Shown in pieces: positions 6,590 to 11,361 of a DNA stretch of 11,361 bases. Under the pieces are notes generated by a model, which was given only the letters and a program-made list of their open reading frames with translations, was not told the DNA's origin and did no database searches. Positions within the stretch are counted from its first letter, which is position 1; each line of letters begins with the position of its first letter. Position numbers and translations under genes: made by a program. Origin of the DNA: an uncultured archaeon (GTDB lineage Archaea > Asgardarchaeota > Lokiarchaeia > Sigyniarchaeales > SOKP01); the NCBI GenBank assembly GCA_964447495.1, contig CAYUTF010000096.1:1-11361 (forward strand), read 5' to 3'.

Positions 6590-7765
6590 ATGGAATGTAG
6601 AGAAAGGGTGTTAACCGCAATTAATAAAGAGGAACCAGATAGAGTTCCTTGTCATACTATATTAATTGACGCCAATAACGTAGATGAAATTTTAGGAAAA
6701 CCAGAGCTTTCCGATTTCGGTTTGTTAGCACAAATAAAGAGTGAAAATCCTGAAAATTGGAGAGAAGAGATAAGTAACTTAATTGAAAGTGTTGAGACCT
6801 CTGTATTTTCGCGGTGTGTAGAAGCAGCAGCAGCAATCGGGCTTGATGCGATGCAGGTAGGAATTATACCACTTCGTTTCGTTGAAATTCCGAATGATAA
6901 TAGGGATTTAATGAAGGATATCTTTGGAAGAATTTGGGAAGCTCGCGACAATGAGGGAAACTTTAATCCCTATTACCTTTATGGAACAACTAATTCTGTT
7001 GAAAAATGGAAGGACGTCAAGAACTATTTAGAGGGTCCAGCAGTGGAGAAATATAAACCGTTTGTAAAGAAATTTTATCGGCGCATTAATAAGAAGCATA
7101 AAAATAAAATATTTGTGTTAGTAACCAACGATTTAGCAGGTGTATTCGAAAGTGCTTCCCAAGGGTTAGGAATGAGTTATTATGCGAAAATGTTGCATAA
7201 AAATCCTAAATTTATTAAAGAAGTACATGATACAATTGCACAATTCACAGCTGAACTCTATAAAAGCTATATGGAAGTTGGAGCAGAAGTTTTTATAGAA
7301 TCGGGAGACTTAGCTTACAAGACGGGTCCAATGATGAGTCCTAAAAAATTTTATGAAGTGTTGTTACCTGCTTATAAAACTATTACAGATACGGTTCACG
7401 AAGGCGGTGGCAAAATAGTCCTTCATACAGATGGACATGTGACTCCCCTCCTAGATTTTGTCATTGATTGTGGTTTCGATGGGCTTCAATCCTTAGAGCC
7501 AACCGCGGGCGTTGATTTAGCAGAGGTGAAGAAAAAAACTGCCGGGAAGTTATGTTTAATGGGTAATATTGATGTCGCTCATACTCTTACTTATGGGACT
7601 AAAGAAGAAGTCTATGATGCGGTAAAATATGCTATTAAAACTGCTGGACCCGGAGGAGGATTTATAGTGAGCGCAGCAAACATGCATCCTGCCGTGAAAG
7701 TTCCTAACCTTCGCTGGATGGTTGAGGCAACAAAAAAATTTGGAGAGTATCCCCTTAATTTATAA
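6590..7765 (+). CDS. Uroporphyrinogen decarboxylase (URO-D)/MtaA-CmuA superfamily protein
   Basis: RERVLTAIN.EEPDRVP N-terminus, DIFGRIW, GDLAYKTGPMMSP, LHTDG, GFDGLQSLEP, LCLMGNID, GGGFIVS. ATG 6590 preferred to the track's TTG 6584. Lacks the RQAGR motif of true HemE. Confidence 0.88.
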   Translation: MECRERVLTAINKEEPDRVPCHTILIDANNVDEILGKPELSDFGLLAQIKSENPENWREEISNLIESVETSVFSRCVEAAAAIGLDAMQVGIIPLRFVEIPNDNRDLMKDIFGRIWEARDNEGNFNPYYLYGTTNSVEKWKDVKNYLEGPAVEKYKPFVKKFYRRINKKHKNKIFVLVTNDLAGVFESASQGLGMSYYAKMLHKNPKFIKEVHDTIAQFTAELYKSYMEVGAEVFIESGDLAYKTGPMMSPKKFYEVLLPAYKTITDTVHEGGGKIVLHTDGHVTPLLDFVIDCGFDGLQSLEPTAGVDLAEVKKKTAGKLCLMGNIDVAHTLTYGTKEEVYDAVKYAIKTAGPGGGFIVSAANMHPAVKVPNLRWMVEATKKFGEYPLNL

Positions 7766-7769
7766 ATTC

Positions 7770-7777
7770 TTTTTTTT
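7770..7777 (+). terminator. Archaeal-type oligo-T terminator
   Basis: T8 run a few nt after the URO-D-like stop, in a convergent intergenic gap. Confidence 0.5.
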
Positions 7778-7833
7778 AGAATTAAATAATTCTTAGTAAT
7801 TAGTATTATCTTTTATCTCTTAGTTTTCCTCCC

Positions 7834-8199
7834 CTAAGGTGGTAGCATTGAGAAGAAGGCTATTTGGTTGAATATAATATACCAAATAATCATAAAAATA
7901 ATAACTATACCTGATGAAATAGCTCCAAAACCTTTTACGCCTCTTGGAATTCCTAAATCTTCACTTTTACGTTGAACAATAGCTCGAATCCCTGCAACTA
8001 AATAGATCACTGTTAAAATTAGCGAAATGAACCATAAAAATAATATAAATAATGTTAATGTATATATTGGTTGGCCCTCCCACATAATTGAATTAATCCA
8101 TTGCCAATAAGTAACAATTAAGTAGGTAGGGATTGATCCATAAATCGCAGCAGTAATAAAAGATACAACACTCCATAAAAATCCTTTAGTTGGTGACAT
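7834..8199 (-). CDS. Small hypothetical membrane protein (about 3 TM helices)
   Basis: 121 aa with three hydrophobic segments (aa ~6-32, 46-71, 91-111) and a basic loop RAIVQRK...PRGVK between segments 2 and 3. Confidence 0.8.
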   Translation of the reverse strand: MSPTKGFLWSVVSFITAAIYGSIPTYLIVTYWQWINSIMWEGQPIYTLTLFILFLWFISLILTVIYLVAGIRAIVQRKSEDLGIPRGVKGFGAISSGIVIIFMIIWYIIFNQIAFFSMLPP

Positions 8200-8321
8200 A
8201 TAACTCGAACCTTTTTTTATGAAATTATATTTCTTTTACTTTCTAATCTTATTAATTATATTTACAATAATTTATAAGATTTTTATCTATAAGATTGATA
8301 CCTTCTGATCAAAAAATAGAG

Positions 8322-8331
8322 AAAAAAAAAA
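8322..8331 (-). terminator. Oligo-T terminator after the hydrolase gene
   Basis: A10 on the + strand (T10 on the - strand) starts 3 nt after the TAA at 8335-8337. Confidence 0.5.
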
Positions 8332-8334
8332 GAT

Positions 8335-10038
8335 TTAATGTCTAAAGAATTGTAGTAAAAATGCTAAACCAGTTTGAGGTTGTGATACTGTTACTATCAT
8401 AAATGTTGTTATAATGGCATTAATTATCGCTCCTGTAATGATATTTCCTGTCTTTTTATAAGTAATTACAGATACTGAAGAATATAGACTAAATGAAACT
8501 AAAGCTACTGGCGTAAAGACTCCAAAGTAAAAGAAACTTCTTGTAACAACACCTATTATTAGAAGATATATGAACAAGTACAGAAAGGGAAGGAGAAAAC
8601 CTATAAGTACAACTTTTAAAGTATCGATGAGAGAATCTCTAAATTTGTTTTGAATTATCACTTGCATTAAAAGGGAATAAATTATATTTATGAAAAAAAG
8701 TATAATGAAATAGATAGGAATTGTCCATATTTTATCAACTGAAGGAAGTAGTGCAAAATAGTTCAATCCTACTGATAAGTAACAAATGAAGTACAATATA
8801 GTTGCTAATACTGCGCTTAAAGCTAACCTTTTTAAAAATACAATTTTTCCCTTAAAAATATTCGTCACCATTTTTACAAAAGACATTTTAATTCTTTTTC
8901 CAGTTCTCCAAAGCAAAATAATTATTCCAAAAGTCTGTCCAAATAACAAAGTAACAACAAAACCTGCGATAGCTAAAGGTAGAACTAGTAAAATGGGTAA
9001 GAAAATTAAAATTCCTGGAATAGCAAGTAATAGTGAATATAATATAGCTTTAATTGATATGCTTTTAATTGAGATTTCGGGGGTCTCAATTTTGTAAATT
9101 TGCAATTTAGTTTCTCTCTTTCTTTCTTCCTTTGATAAAAGTATTAGTTTAGAAAAGGGTTCGATGATTAAGAAGAAAAATCCAATGCCTCCAAACACTT
9201 GAATTAATAAAATAATTGCTCTAATATTGACATAAAAGTTCTCATCAAATACATCGATATCAAATGAATTTATTGCCCAATTTCGTGCTTCACGTATAAA
9301 ATCTTGATCCCAGGCAAGTATCAAATGATTACTATTATCATCTAAATAAATCATTGTTGCATTATGTTGTTGGAATGAGCCATATATTTTGTTTACATCT
9401 AAATTTGAAACAGGAATGTCAACTCTGATTGCGACACTCTCTTTTAAATCAGATAACTCAACAGCTTCATCAAAAAAAGCTTGAATCATAAGAACATCCA
9501 ATGGATTTGTTGAATTACCCTTTCTAAGAGCGGAATATAATGAAGTACCTATTCCAATAAAGCAGATGAAAGAAGTGTCGTTTTGTATTATACTTTGTCC
9601 TAAACCTCCCATGCTATATCCAATATATCCTAATGAATTCATGTCGATGTCACCGCGAGAATTTAGATATTCTTTAATAGCGAGAATATCTTTGTACATA
9701 CCCTCACTATCTCCAGTTGAGCTTTGACCAAAATTTCTAAAATCAAATGGAACCGCAACAAAACCTGCTGTTGCTAACTCTATAGCATAGCCTTTTAATA
9801 TTTCTTTATTTGCCATAAATCCATGTCCAATTATGAATGCTGGTTTGTTTAATCCATCATCATTTGGTTCAAAAACATTAAATGCAATAGTTACACCATC
9901 AGTAGTTGTGGTTGTTTGATAATAAGTACTCTTAATACTAGTTGGAGTAATGAAAATAAAGATTGTACCGACAAGAAATATCCCAAAAAATATACAGAAT
10001 AATGAAATTCTTCTTTTTGAAAGATCAAGTTTATTCAT
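8335..10038 (-). CDS. Membrane-bound alpha/beta-fold serine hydrolase with C-terminal polytopic membrane domain
   Basis: N-terminal TM/signal segment, HGF oxyanion motif, GFVAVPFDFRNFGQS, nucleophile elbow GYSMGG, candidate acid (FDEAV) and His (SNHL). aa ~270-560 contain about 8 hydrophobic helices ending in YKKTGNIITGAIINA. Confidence 0.88.
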   Translation of the reverse strand: MNKLDLSKRRISLFCIFFGIFLVGTIFIFITPTSIKSTYYQTTTTTDGVTIAFNVFEPNDDGLNKPAFIIGHGFMANKEILKGYAIELATAGFVAVPFDFRNFGQSSTGDSEGMYKDILAIKEYLNSRGDIDMNSLGYIGYSMGGLGQSIIQNDTSFICFIGIGTSLYSALRKGNSTNPLDVLMIQAFFDEAVELSDLKESVAIRVDIPVSNLDVNKIYGSFQQHNATMIYLDDNSNHLILAWDQDFIREARNWAINSFDIDVFDENFYVNIRAIILLIQVFGGIGFFFLIIEPFSKLILLSKEERKRETKLQIYKIETPEISIKSISIKAILYSLLLAIPGILIFLPILLVLPLAIAGFVVTLLFGQTFGIIILLWRTGKRIKMSFVKMVTNIFKGKIVFLKRLALSAVLATILYFICYLSVGLNYFALLPSVDKIWTIPIYFIILFFINIIYSLLMQVIIQNKFRDSLIDTLKVVLIGFLLPFLYLFIYLLIIGVVTRSFFYFGVFTPVALVSFSLYSSVSVITYKKTGNIITGAIINAIITTFMIVTVSQPQTGLAFLLQFFRH

Positions 10039-10101
10039 AATTTATTATTTAGACCTTATTCTATTTAAAATAACTAGTACATCTTCGAGGGGACTTTCTA
10101 A

Positions 10102-10128
10102 ATTCATAAAAAAAAATTTATTATGAAT
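10102..10128. promoter_or_regulatory. Inverted repeat, candidate operator between the divergent hydrolase and satP genes
   Basis: ATTCATAA-N11-TTATGAAT (10102-10109 / 10121-10128). The AT-rich context weakens its significance. Confidence 0.3.
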
Positions 10129-10189
10129 AAAAAATTTAAGATTTTGATTTAAAACTATTTAGATTAGAACCATCAAGAGTGAACTTAAA

Positions 10190-10753
10190 ATGAGTGACGA
10201 ATTAGCAAATCCTGCCCCATTAGGACTTATGGGATTTGGGATGACCACTGTTTTATTAAATCTTCATAATGCAGGTTTATACGTTCTTGGTCCGATGATC
10301 TTAAGCATGGGTATATTCTATGGGGGTTTAGCCCAAATTATTGCGGGAATCATGGAATATAAGAAAGGCAATACTTTTGGGGCAACAGCTTTCACATCCT
10401 ACGGATTGTTTTGGTTAACATTAGTTTTTCTAAATATTTTGCCTAGCAGCGGTATATGGCCCTCAACAGAAGGAACTATAGCATTTGGCTCATATCTATT
10501 AATGTGGGGTATATTTACTTTGCTTATGTTTTTTGGATCATTGAAAAGTAATAGAGCTTTACAAGTGGTTTTTCTGACTTTAGCGATTCTATTTTTCCTA
10601 CTTGCAATTGGGAATTATACAGGAATTTCAATAATTATAACTATAGCGGGATTTGAAGGAATATTTTGTGGGTCAAGTGCTATTTATTTAGCAATTGCAG
10701 AAGTCTTAAATGAAGCTTATGGCAGGATAATCTTACCAATTGGCAGTAAATAG
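10190..10753 (+). CDS. satP: Acetate/succinate transporter, GPR1/FUN34/YaaH (SatP) family
   Basis: Signature [42 protein letters not shown], 6 TM helices and C-terminal EVLNE..GR.ILPIG. Confidence 0.95.
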   Translation: MSDELANPAPLGLMGFGMTTVLLNLHNAGLYVLGPMILSMGIFYGGLAQIIAGIMEYKKGNTFGATAFTSYGLFWLTLVFLNILPSSGIWPSTEGTIAFGSYLLMWGIFTLLMFFGSLKSNRALQVVFLTLAILFFLLAIGNYTGISIIITIAGFEGIFCGSSAIYLAIAEVLNEAYGRIILPIGSK

Positions 10754-10777
10754 TAATTTTAGAGTATAAAATAAGAA

Positions 10778-10786
10778 TTTTTTTTT
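10778..10786 (+). terminator. Oligo-T terminator after satP
   Basis: T9 run in the convergent gap between satP and the M42 peptidase gene, followed by more T tracts. Confidence 0.45.
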
Positions 10787-10788
10787 AT

Positions 10789-11361
10789 TTATTTTTTTGT
10801 CATAGCTGGATTTAAGATAAAACTTTCTAATAATCGAATCGTGTTAGATATATCCTCTAATTTAAGGAGAGATGTCGGAGAATGTATGTAACGACATGGA
10901 ACAGATACTACAGTGCTCGGTACACCTTCACGGGTTACTTGGATTTTCCCTGCATCAGTTAACCCATACATCGGTTTTTTAATTTGAAATGGAATTTTTT
11001 CTAATTTTGCATTATCTATAAGTCGTTTGTTTACATATGGAGAGCATATAATTGATTTATCGGCAACAGTAATAGCAGGACCTTTTCCAATATAGGCGGG
11101 GATTTTAGCAGGCTTAATATCAGGAACATCCGCTGCAGTTGTGTTTTCTACGGCTATTGCCATTGTAGGATCTAATTTAAATGCTCCTGTCACTGTTCCA
11201 ATTCTCCCAAATTCCTCTTGTACTGCGAAATTGAATAGTATTGTATCACCTATTTTATCATTATTTTGTAATTGCATCATTAAGTGTAGAAGTACATTAC
11301 ATCCAGTTCTATCATCAAAAGCTTTGCCCCGAACCATATTATTTGGGAATTCCATAAAAGG
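10789..11361 (-). CDS. M42 family (TET-type) aminopeptidase, C-terminal half (5' end outside the window)
   Basis: GKAFDDRTG, VQEEFG, AIAVENT, GKGPAI, TDAG, PCRYIHSP. The frame stays open to the window edge (CCT TTT ATG...), so ATG 11355 is internal. Confidence 0.93.
   Translation of the reverse strand, partial: PFMEFPNNMVRGKAFDDRTGCNVLLHLMMQLQNNDKIGDTILFNFAVQEEFGRIGTVTGAFKLDPTMAIAVENTTAADVPDIKPAKIPAYIGKGPAITVADKSIICSPYVNKRLIDNAKLEKIPFQIKKPMYGLTDAGKIQVTREGVPSTVVSVPCRYIHSPTSLLKLEDISNTIRLLESFILNPAMTKK

Noticed and set aside
6652-6951. 99-aa minus-strand ORF
   Set aside because: Antisense to the well-supported URO-D-like gene, with the Ser/Ile-rich composition typical of shadow frames.
6590-7765. 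Gene symbol hemE or mtaA
   Set aside because: Diagnostic catalytic motifs of both are missing, so only superfamily membership is supported.
8786-9097. 103-aa plus-strand ORF
   Set aside because: Antisense to the TM-coding part of the hydrolase. The Lys/Ile/Asn bias is the expected mirror of hydrophobic codons.
11353-11355. ATG as the true start of a short 188-aa peptidase or pseudogene
   Set aside because: The frame is open to the window edge and the N-terminal M42 motifs are missing, so the gene is simply truncated by the window.
1-11361. CRISPR arrays, tRNA/rRNA, IS elements
   Set aside because: No regularly spaced repeats, GC-rich structured segments, transposase ORFs or terminal inverted repeats were seen. 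Intergenic gaps are short and AT-rich.

Overview
Very AT-rich (roughly 30% GC by eye), gene-dense prokaryotic window, most likely archaeal and probably Asgard (Lokiarchaeia-like). This is inferred from an archaeal-type geranylgeranyl reductase, TATA-like promoters, oligo-T terminators, a TrmB-like scaffold and a longin-like domain. Most genes are ordinary metabolic or membrane genes: MBL hydrolase, GGR, URO-D-like protein, membrane alpha/beta hydrolase, SatP acetate channel and a partial M42 peptidase. A partial secreted-protein gene missing from the ORF track lies at the left edge. The most unusual element is an apparent two-gene operon (615-4137). Gene 1 encodes a putative longin-like domain plus an internally duplicated tandem winged helix. 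Gene 2 is a 743-aa mosaic: CxxC/HxxxxH putative Zn domain, TrmB-type wHTH, ~300-aa amphipathic helical insert, non-catalytic PLD/TrmB-like domain, Pro-rich linker, and a C-terminal helical bundle that patterns like the ESCRT-I Vps28 C-terminal domain. All fold assignments are by eye and need profile or structure searches. No RNA genes, CRISPR arrays or mobile elements were seen.
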